Numbered from the stretch's first letter, positions 8,853-19,293 are shown. The stretch: 47,529 bases of DNA from a virus (IMGVR_UViG_3300034349_000030:1-47529); one strand, 5' to 3'. Notes: generated by a model not told the origin, from the sequence alone. A program made the numbers and translations.

Positions 8853-8915
8853 AGGAAGAAATACCCCTTCTTGTCAAGGGCTTAGTGTGGTATTCCTCAA
8901 GTAACGGTTGAAGAA

Positions 8916-9821
8916 ATGGGCATCACAATTGCACACCTCTTGCACCCGGGCCTCACGGGCCCGGGGCATCGCGTGCACAAGATGCGCAAGCGGGCTCCGC
9001 GCAAGCTCGCAATCATCCGGCCTAGCCACCGCAATGAGCTTTGGCTGCGTTCTGAGCTGCGGGCCATGGTCGGAGTAGTTCGGGACGATGTGGAGAGGCA
9101 TCTCCTCCCAAGTCTCAAGCCCGCCTTTCCTGGCACCTTCTCCGATTCATCGGTGCCCGTTGCCAAGGACATCATTGCCAAGATTCGGGCGGAGAACCTC
9201 GGCAAGATGTCCCGGCAAGCGGAGGTTCTCGCAAGGGCCGCGGCCAATCGCTCCTTGGCTGCGGTGGATGAGCGATTTGCCAAGGCGTTGAGGGATTCCG
9301 TATCGGTTGACATCAAGCCGTTTCTGCAACGCAACCCACGCATCGTCACCATCCTCAACGAGAAGACGGAAAATAATACGAAGTTGATCACCACGATCCC
9401 AACCGTGTATCTCGATCAAGTTCAGAACTCGGTGGAGACCAATTGGGGAGAGGGGATTCGTTGGGAGGATCTCGTTGACGACATCTCGGAACGTGGGGAC
9501 GTCTCCGAAGCTCGAGCGGGTGTGATTGCTCGAGACCAAACCTCCAAGCTCAATGCGGCCTTCAACCAAGCCCGGCAAGATGATGCTGGAATCGATGAGT
9601 ATGAGTGGAGCACGGCAGGTGATGAGTCCGTGCGTCCGTCCCATGCTGATTTGGATGGCACAACCCACCGTTGGGATGAGCCCGGGCCGCTTGCAGGAAC
9701 CATCGGCGGAGAGCCTTGCCACCCCGGTGAGGACATTGAATGCCGCTGCGGAGCGATCCCCTACATCAACCTTGAAACCCTCGAGTCTCGAATTGAGATC
9801 ATGGAAGCCGAGGCCGCATAA
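8916..9821 (+). CDS. Minor head morphogenesis protein (SPP1 gp7/Mu F-like)
   Basis: IARDQT.KLN, YEW.TAGDE.VR.SH, HPGEDIECRC. The start may be ATG 8982. Confidence 0.92.
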   Translation: MGITIAHLLHPGLTGPGHRVHKMRKRAPRKLAIIRPSHRNELWLRSELRAMVGVVRDDVERHLLPSLKPAFPGTFSDSSVPVAKDIIAKIRAENLGKMSRQAEVLARAAANRSLAAVDERFAKALRDSVSVDIKPFLQRNPRIVTILNEKTENNTKLITTIPTVYLDQVQNSVETNWGEGIRWEDLVDDISERGDVSEARAGVIARDQTSKLNAAFNQARQDDAGIDEYEWSTAGDESVRPSHADLDGTTHRWDEPGPLAGTIGGEPCHPGEDIECRCGAIPYINLETLESRIEIMEAEAA

Positions 9822-11068
9822 TGCGCTACGAATGCACAATAACGGATTACTCCGTAATACCTTCCGAGACTCAACGGAGAGTGGACCTTGACGGCATCAT
9901 GCACGCTCGAGGTGTCGTGGCCCGGGCCGGAGTTCAACTCTACCGCGCCAAGGAGCTTGGCCTCACGGACCGTGCTCCGGAGTCCATCGTTCGGATCTAC
10001 CGCTCCCCCGCAGCGCTTGCCAAGGCCGCGGCCTCGTTTGAGGACAAGGCAATCACCCTCGGCCACCCCTCCCCCGCGAAGTATCCCCTTGGTGTTACGG
10101 CCGACAATTGGGCGGAGCTTTCCCACGGGCACATGAATCATGTGGGGATGGAAGGCCCACTCATGCAAGCCGATTTGCACATCGGACGTGCAGACACGAT
10201 CAAGCAAATCCAATCGAAGCCCGCGGAGCTTTCAAATAGCTATCGCGCAATACTTGAAATGTCCCCCGGAACTTCCGCCGATGGGGAGGCTTTCGATGGC
10301 ACTCAAGAGGAGATGCTTGGCAACCATTGCGCGATCATCATCCGAGATTCCAACACCCAAATGAGAGCACGCGGCGGGGAAGTCTGCCGAGTCTTTGACC
10401 ACACTGAAGAAAATGGAGCAACGATCATGAGCAAACGAATTGTTATCCTCATGGACGCCGCGGGCAAGCCTTCCGGTCACGATCTGGAAGAGCCCACCGC
10501 GTCCCTTGTTGAATCCCTCGAGGCCGCACGCTTGGGCCTCGTCAAACAGATCGCGGATTCCACTTCCGCCCACGATGCGGCCATTGGGGCCCTCAAGGCG
10601 GAGCACACCAAGGCGGTTGAAGTTCTCCGCGGGCAGATTGTCACTCCCGCCAAGCTTCACGAGATGGTGGCCGATCGGGCCTCCGTGCTCAACGATTGCA
10701 CGGCCCTTTGCCCCGCGGTGAAGCCCACCAACGAGATGAGCACGGCCGCGATTCGTAGGGCCATGCTTTCTGATTTGGTTGGACGTTCGGACACGGCCAA
10801 GCGCATCTCCGATGCCATCATCGGTGAGGCCGGCATCAAGGACGATACTTCCGAGGACTCGATCCACAAGGCCTTGGATGCGGCCAAAGTGATGGTGGAG
10901 AAGTCGATCCAAGATGGTGTGGAACTCGACACCAAGACGGCCCGTGGCCTCTGCCCGCGTAAGCCGGTTGGCGAGGGCCCCACGAATGACTCCACCGAAG
11001 CCGCTCCCAAGACCGTTGGCCGTGCGGCCTACATCCACAACCTCACCCACCGGGGAGAGGCCAAGTAA
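9821..11068 (+). CDS. Prohead protease/scaffold (DUF2213 family)
   Basis: ARAGVQ.Y, T.GHP, ELS..Y, GNH.AI, RARGG..C motifs followed by a helical scaffold-like C-terminus. Confidence 0.88.
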   Translation: MRYECTITDYSVIPSETQRRVDLDGIMHARGVVARAGVQLYRAKELGLTDRAPESIVRIYRSPAALAKAAASFEDKAITLGHPSPAKYPLGVTADNWAELSHGHMNHVGMEGPLMQADLHIGRADTIKQIQSKPAELSNSYRAILEMSPGTSADGEAFDGTQEEMLGNHCAIIIRDSNTQMRARGGEVCRVFDHTEENGATIMSKRIVILMDAAGKPSGHDLEEPTASLVESLEAARLGLVKQIADSTSAHDAAIGALKAEHTKAVEVLRGQIVTPAKLHEMVADRASVLNDCTALCPAVKPTNEMSTAAIRRAMLSDLVGRSDTAKRISDAIIGEAGIKDDTSEDSIHKALDAAKVMVEKSIQDGVELDTKTARGLCPRKPVGEGPTNDSTEAAPKTVGRAAYIHNLTHRGEAK

Positions 11069-11123
11069 CCCGAGGCCATCGAAGGGCCGAAACTAAAAGA
11101 ACCCAAGCAAGGAGAATGCAATC

Positions 11124-11627
11124 ATGAGCGTCAATCTCGGAACCCCCGGTGGTGCGGAGTTCGTGCGGGCCTACAAGGGCCAAGTCCTCGACACCTCCAC
11201 GGCAGTCATTGGATCGCGTACCAACGAAAGCGCGACTCCCATCGAATACGGACGGGCAGCGGCCCAAGGTGCCAACGGCGGATGCGTGCCGGTGGACAGC
11301 ACCCACAAGGTGTTGGTTGGGTTGGTGTGCTCCAACCCGATCCGTCCGGCGGACTACTCCACCAACGTCTCCAACATCAAGCAATACGATGAAGTTCCGC
11401 TCATGCAAGTGGGCTCCATGGCTGTCTATCCCGTCGAAAATTGGGCGGATGGGGATGCCCTCTATGCCGTTGTTAGCCAGAGCGGGGAGCTTGGATCCGC
11501 GTCCGGTGGTGGGGCCTCGGCCGATCGCATCTTGGTGCCGGGTGCCAGGATGAAGGGGGCCGGAACGGCCAACACGTGCGGAGAAGTCACCCTTTTGGGC
11601 GGGCAGACGATCACCCTCGGATCGTAA
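11124..11627 (+). CDS. Head decoration/cement protein
   Basis: Lies between protease and capsid. Gly-rich beta protein (IEYGRA, Y.EV.LM..G), AGGAGA RBS. Confidence 0.75.
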   Translation: MSVNLGTPGGAEFVRAYKGQVLDTSTAVIGSRTNESATPIEYGRAAAQGANGGCVPVDSTHKVLVGLVCSNPIRPADYSTNVSNIKQYDEVPLMQVGSMAVYPVENWADGDALYAVVSQSGELGSASGGGASADRILVPGARMKGAGTANTCGEVTLLGGQTITLGS

Positions 11628-11678
11628 AAGAACCCCCAACCTCACGAACTCAAAACATTTCGAAAAGGTAATACTCAA

Positions 11679-12812
11679 ATGAAAAGCCGAAAGCAGAACG
11701 TCAAGGAAGTGGTTGTCCACGATGGTTGGGATATCGTCGATGAAGTAGTCGATGCCAACCGACACAAGAACTTGCTGGACTTCGTCCACCGCAATCCCGG
11801 CATGATCGGAGACGGCTCCGACATCCAAGGCCGCATCACTTCGGATGCTGGCGAAGCAATGAGCTTCGTGGTTGCGCAGTTGGCATACACGGAGGGCCAA
11901 GTCTACGCTCGACAGTACCTACCCACTCAGTTCCGACAGTTGGTGCCCGTGTCCAACGAGGTCGGCGCTTGGGCAACCTCGGTCCGTTACGAGAAGACGG
12001 ACTTTGCGGGCAACGCGCAATGGGCCTCCGACAAGGGAACCAAGTTCCCGACGGCAAATGTGCAGTATGACGACAACGTCAAGCCGATCCACCACGCTTA
12101 TGCAGGGTACGAATACACCTTGCAGGAGTTGCGGGAGACTGCATACCTCCGCCGTCCGCTCAATGAGCGCCGGATGGTGGCTTGTATGGAGATGGTTGAG
12201 CGTTTCTGCAACCGAGTGGCTCTCTACGGAGACACCAAGAAGGGCCTCCTCGGCCTCTTCAACTCGGATGTAGTTCCGCAGGATGTCTCCGCCATGACCA
12301 AGGGATGGGACGATCCCACGGCCTCCCCGCTGGAAATCTTGGCGGACTTCAACAAGGCTCTATACACTCCGTTCAAGAACTCCAATTTCAATGATGTGGT
12401 TGACACGGCCGTCATTCCTCCTGCGGCTTTCCAGCGCTTCGTGTCCACTCCGGTGGTGATCGAAGGGGTGCCGCTGGCTACCACGATCTTGGAGTTCCTC
12501 CTCAAGAACAACATCTGCAAGGCCCTCCGAAACATCGACTTGAAGATCATCCCGGGCTTTGGCCTCGATACCGGGACCGGGGCCCCGGGAGCTGCCACGA
12601 AGGGTGGAGCTTCGGCGGGCAAGAGCCGTTGCATCTTCTATGTGAACAATCGCGATCGCGTGATTCTGCATATGCCCATGCCGTTGCAGTTCGTCGCTCC
12701 TCAGTTCGATGGTGCCACCGTCTTGGTGCCCGGTGAGTTCCGCCTCGGTGGGGTGGAGTACCGTTACCCATCCTCGGCCTTCTATTACGACAACGTTCTC
12801 ACCGCGGACTAA
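11679..12812 (+). CDS. Major capsid protein (DUF2184 family, HK97 fold)
   Basis: GYEYT.QEL, N.VA.YGD...GL.GLFN, TILEFL..NN, PMP.QF, GGVE.RYP. Confidence 0.92.
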   Translation: MKSRKQNVKEVVVHDGWDIVDEVVDANRHKNLLDFVHRNPGMIGDGSDIQGRITSDAGEAMSFVVAQLAYTEGQVYARQYLPTQFRQLVPVSNEVGAWATSVRYEKTDFAGNAQWASDKGTKFPTANVQYDDNVKPIHHAYAGYEYTLQELRETAYLRRPLNERRMVACMEMVERFCNRVALYGDTKKGLLGLFNSDVVPQDVSAMTKGWDDPTASPLEILADFNKALYTPFKNSNFNDVVDTAVIPPAAFQRFVSTPVVIEGVPLATTILEFLLKNNICKALRNIDLKIIPGFGLDTGTGAPGAATKGGASAGKSRCIFYVNNRDRVILHMPMPLQFVAPQFDGATVLVPGEFRLGGVEYRYPSSAFYYDNVLTAD

Positions 12813-12827
12813 GGGGAGCCTCGAGCC

Positions 12828-13187
12828 ATGACCCAAGCGGAGTTCCTTCAAGCTTTCCCCCAATTCACCTCGATTGCAGCCAAAGTTGCGCCAGCCTTGG
12901 CCGAAGCGGCTTTGTTTGTGGGTGAGATGTGGGAGGAGAAGGCTCCGCTTGGGCTTGGCAACTATGCGGCCCACAAGTTGGTTTGGGATGCCGTGACAGC
13001 GGGGGAGCCCATCACGGCATTCGATGCGGACGTGCGAGCCATGAGCAAATCAGTGGGGAGGGCAAGTCTCACCCGAAGTGCGGAGCTTCTAAAGCTCGCA
13101 TGGGATGAGACGTTCCTTTATACGAAATACGGGAGAAGGTACCTTGAGCTGCAAAGGCTCATTGGTGCGGGAGCGTATTACGTATGA
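12828..13187 (+). CDS. Head-tail adaptor (DUF4054 family)
   Basis: F...FPQF, AAH.L, SKSVG..S, T.YG..Y..L motifs; follows the capsid gene. Confidence 0.85.
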   Translation: MTQAEFLQAFPQFTSIAAKVAPALAEAALFVGEMWEEKAPLGLGNYAAHKLVWDAVTAGEPITAFDADVRAMSKSVGRASLTRSAELLKLAWDETFLYTKYGRRYLELQRLIGAGAYYV

Positions 13188-13717
13188 GGGCCACGGCCTC
13201 AATAAAAGGTGGGGAGATGCTAGGCCTCAAGGCCCTCACCCGTCGAATCAACGAAGCCAACAAGGAAGTGTGGGTTGGTGTTCCCGTTGGTTCTGGCAAC
13301 GCGAAAGAAGTCACGGCCAAGGGTGAGGAGCGCGATAGCACCACACCCCTTGCGGTGGTGGCAGCGGCAAACGAGTTCGGAGTTGCTGCGGACAAGGAGA
13401 AGCACATCCCCGGGATACCGGAGCGGTCTTTCCTCCGTGGTGGCCTTGCCCGTGGGACTCCCAAGTTCCAAAAGCTCAACCGGCTAAATCTGCGGCTCAT
13501 CCTCCTTGGTGGCATCACCATTGAGGGGGCCCTCAAGCAATTGGGGAACGTGGCCGCGGGAGAGGTGAAGAGGGAGTTTCGGGTTGGGGAGTTTGAGCCG
13601 AACGCTCCCTCCACGTTGCTGGCCAAGAAGCCCAAGACACACCCCCTCGAGAACACCCTACAACTTCGCAACAGTATTACGTTCGTGCTTGGTAAAGACG
13701 GGAGGGCCGCCGGATGA
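13184..13717 (+). CDS. Neck/tail completion protein
   Basis: V.VG, A.NEFG, IPERSFLR, PNAPST..KK, PL..T.QL..SIT are typical of this myovirus neck protein. Confidence 0.8.
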   Translation: MRATASIKGGEMLGLKALTRRINEANKEVWVGVPVGSGNAKEVTAKGEERDSTTPLAVVAAANEFGVAADKEKHIPGIPERSFLRGGLARGTPKFQKLNRLNLRLILLGGITIEGALKQLGNVAAGEVKREFRVGEFEPNAPSTLLAKKPKTHPLENTLQLRNSITFVLGKDGRAAG

Positions 13718-14079
13718 GTGATGCGCTTGATCTATCGGAACTCGTGAACGATCCGGACTTCTGCCGATCGTTCTCCCGCATCCGCCGCACGCAATCCCTA
13801 GCCAATGAGGGACAGGCCTCCACCACCCCGGGCACCCCGGTAGATTTGATCGGCTACATTGAGCCGGCATCCCAAGCGGATTTGAAGCTCCTCCCGGAGG
13901 GCACTCGGCTTGTGGATATGGTGGGAATCTTCACCGTGGGGGATGTTCGGATCGGAGACCAAAGCTCCCCCGCCGATCTCGTGGTGGTGGATGGGGTGAA
14001 ATACCTTGCCCTCCACATCGAGGACTTCCGGGCCTCCGGAGGCTACATCCACGTGCTTGCCCAAATGGTGCCAACGTGA
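13714..14079 (+). CDS. Head closure/stopper protein
   Basis: PA...L..LPEG.R and D.V..DG..Y motifs; gene order. Confidence 0.7.
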   Translation: MSDALDLSELVNDPDFCRSFSRIRRTQSLANEGQASTTPGTPVDLIGYIEPASQADLKLLPEGTRLVDMVGIFTVGDVRIGDQSSPADLVVVDGVKYLALHIEDFRASGGYIHVLAQMVPT

Positions 14080-14705
14080 GCGGCTACCTTCCCCCCACGT
14101 TCGCGGATGCGTGCGGCTACCTTGTGCGCCGGCTTGTGCGGACGGCCTTCAATATGGCCGCAAATAGCGTGCGGCCCGAGGGCCAAGACTACTCCACCGG
14201 GAAAGAGGCTTCCGAGTTCGCAACGGTGAAGATTGTCAAGGGCCCCACCGCGGACTTCGGGACACAAGCGATTGTCACGTATGACGATCCCACTTTGGGG
14301 AGCACCAAGGTGGTGGAGGAGATCGAGAACTGTTACCGCTTCACGGCCTCGATCCAATTCTATCGGCATGCCTCTCCCTCCCCGGATAGCTCCGGCCTTG
14401 CTCCCTTTGGGCTTGGGGCCTTGGACAAGTCCTCCCGCCTCGAGACAATCCTTAGCTCCTCTGCGATGATGGATCTTATGGAGCGGATGGGGCTTGGCCT
14501 CGAGGGGAGTTCAAGCCCGGTGGATGTTTCCAAGCTCCTCGATGATGCCCGATGGGAGGGCCGTGCGGCCGTTTCGCTTGACTTCGTGATTGTGAATCGA
14601 GAGCAATTCTTGCTTGAATCCATCGCCTCGGCAGACGTAACCCTCAAGGTTGCGGAGCCCGGCGCAACTCAATTGATCGTTGAAACTATCGAGGTGATGC
14701 CATGA
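14076..14705 (+). CDS. Neck/tail terminator protein
   Basis: Immediately before the sheath gene. SIQFY and WE.RA...L.F motifs. Confidence 0.7.
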   Translation: MSGYLPPTFADACGYLVRRLVRTAFNMAANSVRPEGQDYSTGKEASEFATVKIVKGPTADFGTQAIVTYDDPTLGSTKVVEEIENCYRFTASIQFYRHASPSPDSSGLAPFGLGALDKSSRLETILSSSAMMDLMERMGLGLEGSSSPVDVSKLLDDARWEGRAAVSLDFVIVNREQFLLESIASADVTLKVAEPGATQLIVETIEVMP

Positions 14706-15841
14706 GTTCATTGTCCCAAAACAACGTTGTGAATCCCACTCTTGTGCTTTCGGCTTCGGCCCAAGCTGCCCGTGATTTCAGTGTGGGGCTCCTCCTCACG
14801 CACGCAACCGCGCTCCCCGCCGGAGGCCGCGTCCAAACCTTCTCCGACTATGCCGGAGTTGCTGCGGCCTTCTCCACGGATACGGTGGCCAAACAGTTTG
14901 CGGCTACGTATTTCGGCCAAGATGACTTCACCCCCAAGAGCCTCAAGGTGGGGGTTAAGATCGATTCCGATGCGAGTTACACGGCCGCGATTTCAGCTTG
15001 CCAGAATGCCGATCCCACCTTCTATGGTGTGGCTTGCGTGTCTGACACCTCGGCATCGGATCAAATCTTGATCGAGGCTTGGTGCCAGGCCAACAAGTGC
15101 CGCTTTTTCTTCTGCACTCAAGAGAGCGCGTGCCTCACTCCGGGGGATGCCACAAACATGCTCTACTTGGCCAAGACCGCGGCCTACTCCCGCACGATGG
15201 GCATCTACACGGATGCAACGGCGGATGCCCATGCCAACGGTCACGCGGCCGTGATGGGCTTCTATCTGACAACCGTCTACGACCAACCGAACTCGATCAA
15301 GACGGCCCTCATGGCCAACTTCACCGGGATCGGATCCTCCACTCTCACTCAATCGCAGTTTGAGTCAATCTGCGGAAAGACGGATGGGAGCGCTCCGGGT
15401 TGGAATGGAAACGTTTACGCCACGTTCGGCACCTCCCCCATGCTTCAACGTGGACAGTCCGCCGATGGACGTTTCGCGGATGAGGGTATGGCCTTGGATT
15501 GGCTCCTTGCCAACGTCCAAGTGGGCATGGTCAACGAGATGCGAAAGCAGCGGATCCCCTTGACGGACAAGGGCTCCACCACTCTCATCAATGCCGCAAG
15601 CATCGAGATGCAAAAGGCCGTTCGGAATGGCCTTCTCGCTCCGGGGGTGTGGACTTTCCCCGGCTTCGGAGATCTCAAGACGGGAGACTTCGTTTCGAAG
15701 GGTTACTACGCCTTTGCTCAACCCGTCTCCACCATGTCCGATGCGGATCGGGCAGCGCGGAAGGCTCCCCCAATCACGTTCGCGCTCATCGGAGCGGGAG
15801 CGATTCAATACTGCAACCCCACCCTGATTTTTCAGCGCTAG
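14702..15841 (+). CDS. Tail sheath protein (DUF3383 family)
   Basis: A..YF.Q..P, NGNVY, G...DG.F.DE...DWL, IP.TD.G, NG..APG.W, R.ARKAPP, GAI. Confidence 0.92.
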   Translation: MSSLSQNNVVNPTLVLSASAQAARDFSVGLLLTHATALPAGGRVQTFSDYAGVAAAFSTDTVAKQFAATYFGQDDFTPKSLKVGVKIDSDASYTAAISACQNADPTFYGVACVSDTSASDQILIEAWCQANKCRFFFCTQESACLTPGDATNMLYLAKTAAYSRTMGIYTDATADAHANGHAAVMGFYLTTVYDQPNSIKTALMANFTGIGSSTLTQSQFESICGKTDGSAPGWNGNVYATFGTSPMLQRGQSADGRFADEGMALDWLLANVQVGMVNEMRKQRIPLTDKGSTTLINAASIEMQKAVRNGLLAPGVWTFPGFGDLKTGDFVSKGYYAFAQPVSTMSDADRAARKAPPITFALIGAGAIQYCNPTLIFQR

Positions 15842-15884
15842 TCAACGGACCAAGCCACAACCCCAATAGAGGAGACGAGCGAAA

Positions 15885-16349
15885 ATGAAATTCTATGACT
15901 GGCGAAAGCTTCTCACCACGATCAACAATGTCCCGGTTACCAATTGGGCCGAGGGTGACGATGTGTTCCAAGCGGAGCGCGTGACCCCAAGCGCGTCCAT
16001 GGTGATCGGAGTCGATGGGAAGGCCACAGTGAGCCTCTCCGCCGACAAGTCGATCAAGGTCACGATCAAGCTTGCCCAAACCTCCCCGACCAATGCTTAC
16101 CTCTCACAGTTGGCCGCTGGGCAAGACCACCTCGAGGGCTTCACCCCGATCACAGTTCAGCAATACGACACCTATCGTCGGGATTCGGTGGAGTCGATGT
16201 ATGGCTACATCGAGAAGCCCGCCAACGTCACTCGAGGTGGCAAGGCCAACGCGGTTGAATGGGTGATGTATTTTGAGGAAGGGGCCTTCATCTTGGGGGA
16301 TCCCGTCTTCACGGGACAAGCAACCGGCAATGCCGAAGCGTTGGGGTAA
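15885..16349 (+). CDS. Tail tube protein (DUF3277 family)
   Basis: YD at the N-terminus, G.DG, TI.L.QTSP.N..LS; follows the sheath. Confidence 0.88.
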   Translation: MKFYDWRKLLTTINNVPVTNWAEGDDVFQAERVTPSASMVIGVDGKATVSLSADKSIKVTIKLAQTSPTNAYLSQLAAGQDHLEGFTPITVQQYDTYRRDSVESMYGYIEKPANVTRGGKANAVEWVMYFEEGAFILGDPVFTGQATGNAEALG

Positions 16350-16355
16350 TACGCC

Positions 16356-16787
16356 ATGGCATTCTCATCCACAACGCTCTCCGTAGGTGGCCGAACAATT
16401 ACCATTCTGAGGTGTGCGGCCACCGAGGCCTTGGATCTGGAATTGTCCCTTGCCCGCGTGCTTGGTTCGGCAGATTCTACGGCCGCGCAAGCTGCGGTAT
16501 CGGGGGACATCCGGAGCGCAATTGCCCTTGGGCTCCTAGACATGGTGGCAGGGGTGGCAAGGAATCTCACGCTTGCCGAACTCACCCGGCTCATGGAGAT
16601 GCTATTCAAATACATCATGATCGACGGGAAGTCTTTCCGGAACATCAATGAGGACTTCGCGGATCGTCCCGGAGACATTTGGAAGGTGTTTGTTGGTGCG
16701 GTGGTGCACAACCTCGGCCCTTTAGGGGACGTGCTTCCCAAAAAGTCCAATACACCCCCGATCCCGACGATCCCGCAGAATCCATAG
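16356..16787 (+). CDS. Tail assembly chaperone (G-type)
   Basis: Between tube and tape measure genes. CCC AAA AAG slippery sequence near the 3' end. Confidence 0.8.
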   Translation: MAFSSTTLSVGGRTITILRCAATEALDLELSLARVLGSADSTAAQAAVSGDIRSAIALGLLDMVAGVARNLTLAELTRLMEMLFKYIMIDGKSFRNINEDFADRPGDIWKVFVGAVVHNLGPLGDVLPKKSNTPPIPTIPQNP

Positions 16788-16999
16788 AGCCCGTCACCTC
16801 AGACAACGTCAACGCCTTTGTGTGGAGGCCCATCTTGAGAAACCCGCCCCTATGCGAATATTGGCAGCTCTCCGAAACGGGCCCCCACACCTACGGCCTT
16901 GATTGGCTCCTCAACGCTCACGAGGCAATGGATATGGAAGCCGTGTTACGGCAACGCATGCGGAAGGCAGAAGAAAAAGCGGCCAAATTAAGGAAGTAG
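16737..16999 (+). CDS. -1 frameshift extension of the tail chaperone (GT-type, DUF6889-like)
   Basis: The -1 frame is open from 16679 to 16999 with WRP...C.Y..L....Y.LD.L..HEAMD. It has no good start codon of its own. Confidence 0.75.
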
Positions 17000-17011
17000 G
17001 TTTCCCCCACC

Positions 17012-18664
17012 ATGCCCACCATCATTGACAGCTTGCTAGTTTCCCTCGGTTTCAAGATCGATGCGGAGAGCCTTGAGGGCTTTGCCAAGGTTGCCGGTGA
17101 TGCCAAAAAGGTGGCCTTGGGCATTGTGGGGGCCATGACAGGGGCCGTGTACGGCCTCGAGCACATGGTGAAGGGTGTTGCGGAGTCGATGGGGGATGTT
17201 CAGGACTTTTCGGAGCGCGTGGACATGTCGGCCCGAGAAGTAGCGGCCTTTGGAGCCGTGGCCGCGGCGAATGATTCAAGTCTCGAGGCCATGGAGGGCA
17301 CGATCACGCGGCTCAATACCTTGGTGGGGCAAGCTGCCGCGGGATTCCCTCGAGCCACGATGGTGCTCCAACGCTTCGGGCTCCACGCCAAGGACTCCCA
17401 CGGCAAACTAAAAACGTTTGATGAGATCTTCGGGGATGTGGTTGCGAAGATGCAGAACGCTAGCACGGGCAAGCGGCTTGCCCTTGCCGAGGCCTTGGGC
17501 ATCGATCCCAAGCTGATTCCGCTCCTCAAGGAGGGGGTTGGCAACTTCAAGAAGTTGAAGGATGCGGCACTCAAGGAGAACCCCTTTGCCGATCAAGACT
17601 ATGAGAACGCGGAGAAGACGGACAAGGCCTTCCAAAAGGCGGAGCGCTCCGTCACCCGACTCAAGAACCGAATTGCCGTGGGGCTCTTACCCGTAGTCAA
17701 TAGCGTATTGCAGAAGTTCATCGCTTGGACTAGCAATCCAGAGAATATCGAGAAGGTGGAGAGGGCCGTGGGGAAGGTGGTGGATGTTGCCGGGTTGCTT
17801 TGGGGGCACCTCGATAAGTTGGTGGGCATTTGGCTAGTCCTCAAGGCCCATGCGATCGGGCTCACCGTGCTTGGTTGGGCCGCCTCTATGACCAAGTTCG
17901 TTCTTGCCCTTCGATCGGCGGACTCCGTTACCTCCCTTCTCGGCGCATCCTTGGGACGCCTCAAAGCCTTGATTGTGGGTGGGCTCCTTGCGGCCATCGG
18001 GCTCCTTATTGAGGATTTGTGGACGTATTACCGGGGAGGTACAAGCGTAACGGGTTGGATGCTCGAGCAATTCCCCTATGCCGTGGATGCGATGCTAGGG
18101 GGTATCGGACTACTCTCCGCGGCCTTCCTCGCCTTGTCTGCCAGTAGCGGGCCCCTCGGCCTTTTCGTGGTTGGGGTTACGGGCATCGCAATTGGGGCCA
18201 AGGAAATCATTGATGCTTGGAATCCCCTCAAGCAATGGTTCGGTGAGCTTTGGGACGATCTCCTCAACAAGGCCAAGGAGTTCTACAATTTTGTGTCCGG
18301 CCCCCTCCGCTCCGTGGGGGATTTCTTCGGGATGACGTTGGCCCCCAAGCTCGATACGAAAGAGGCCAAGGGTGGTGGAGCCTATGCCGGCTTGGATTCT
18401 GCGGTTGCATGGCAGCGCCAAAACCTAGCCTTTAACAATCGCACCAACAAGGGGATCGGGCCTACAGATTACGCGGGGGATGTGCGAACGTGGGGAGGTG
18501 GTCCAGTGAGTATTACGGAGAACCATACGCACGGACCTACCACCCTGCAAGTCAACGGAGCCAAGGATCCCGCGGCCACGGCCAAGGAAGTTGGACGCGT
18601 GCTTGATGCTCGAGACCAACGGGCACGGGAACGAACTCGAGACGCACAATCTGGGCATAGGTAG
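17012..18664 (+). CDS. Tape measure protein
   Basis: IIDSLLVSLGF.ID N-terminus, Ala/Gly-rich helical body, hydrophobic middle, ED...YY.GG.S motif. Confidence 0.88.
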   Translation: MPTIIDSLLVSLGFKIDAESLEGFAKVAGDAKKVALGIVGAMTGAVYGLEHMVKGVAESMGDVQDFSERVDMSAREVAAFGAVAAANDSSLEAMEGTITRLNTLVGQAAAGFPRATMVLQRFGLHAKDSHGKLKTFDEIFGDVVAKMQNASTGKRLALAEALGIDPKLIPLLKEGVGNFKKLKDAALKENPFADQDYENAEKTDKAFQKAERSVTRLKNRIAVGLLPVVNSVLQKFIAWTSNPENIEKVERAVGKVVDVAGLLWGHLDKLVGIWLVLKAHAIGLTVLGWAASMTKFVLALRSADSVTSLLGASLGRLKALIVGGLLAAIGLLIEDLWTYYRGGTSVTGWMLEQFPYAVDAMLGGIGLLSAAFLALSASSGPLGLFVVGVTGIAIGAKEIIDAWNPLKQWFGELWDDLLNKAKEFYNFVSGPLRSVGDFFGMTLAPKLDTKEAKGGGAYAGLDSAVAWQRQNLAFNNRTNKGIGPTDYAGDVRTWGGGPVSITENHTHGPTTLQVNGAKDPAATAKEVGRVLDARDQRARERTRDAQSGHR

Positions 18665-18666
18665 CC

Positions 18667-19293
18667 ATGCAAACATCAATCATCGATCGCGGCTTCAATT
18701 TCGGGGTAGATGAGGTGACCGGGGTGCCGGAGGTTGCAACGTTTGACAGTGTCATCTCTGAGCAACCATCGTTCGACATTGCGATCACGGACAACCCGGT
18801 AGCAACGGGGGTGTCTATGTCAGATCACGCGTATGCCAAGCCGGATAAGCTTGTAATGGAGGTTGCAGTCACGGACTCCCCCATGCTCTCCGATGGGCAA
18901 GGCACCCCCTCGTATCGGCTTGCAACCACGTGGACGGGGAATGGCCAAGGCAACGTCCGGCGCTCCGTGAATGCATGGGCCTACATCTTGAGCAAGGCCA
19001 AGGCCTTTGCGGTTTTCGACGTCCAAATCGGCTTGGGGCTTTACCGAAATATGATGTTCGAATCGGGGAGCGCCAAGCAAGAGAAGGATTCCATGGGCAT
19101 CCTCCGGGCCGCAATCAACCTCAAGCAAGTTACTTTTGCCCTCACCTCCTCGGTTCTCTACCCCCCTCGAGGGCCCAAAAAAACGCAGCGGGCCGCAGCT
19201 CCCAAGACGGATGGGGGCCGGAAAGAATCCCCCGAAACGGACAAGAAGAAGCCCGTATCCGTCCTTGCCGGGCTTCTAGGGATCAAGAAGTGA
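18667..19293 (+). CDS. Tail tube initiator/Dit-like baseplate protein
   Basis: D....E.....IT.NPV..G...SDHA...P and Y.NM motifs; follows the tape measure gene. Confidence 0.8.
   Translation: MQTSIIDRGFNFGVDEVTGVPEVATFDSVISEQPSFDIAITDNPVATGVSMSDHAYAKPDKLVMEVAVTDSPMLSDGQGTPSYRLATTWTGNGQGNVRRSVNAWAYILSKAKAFAVFDVQIGLGLYRNMMFESGSAKQEKDSMGILRAAINLKQVTFALTSSVLYPPRGPKKTQRAAAPKTDGGRKESPETDKKKPVSVLAGLLGIKK

Noticed and set aside
8853-8915. Possible sigma70 promoter before the minor head gene (TTGTCA...TGGTATTC)
   Set aside because: The spacing is 14 bp rather than 16-18 and the -10 match is weak.
9147-12974. Long antisense ORFs (for example 9147..9839, 10232..11050, 11043..11900; also 27522..28526, 35977..36855, 38013..38873)
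   Set aside because: They shadow well-supported genes. This is expected when TTA, CTA and TCA codons are rare in a GC-rich genome, and they show no motifs.
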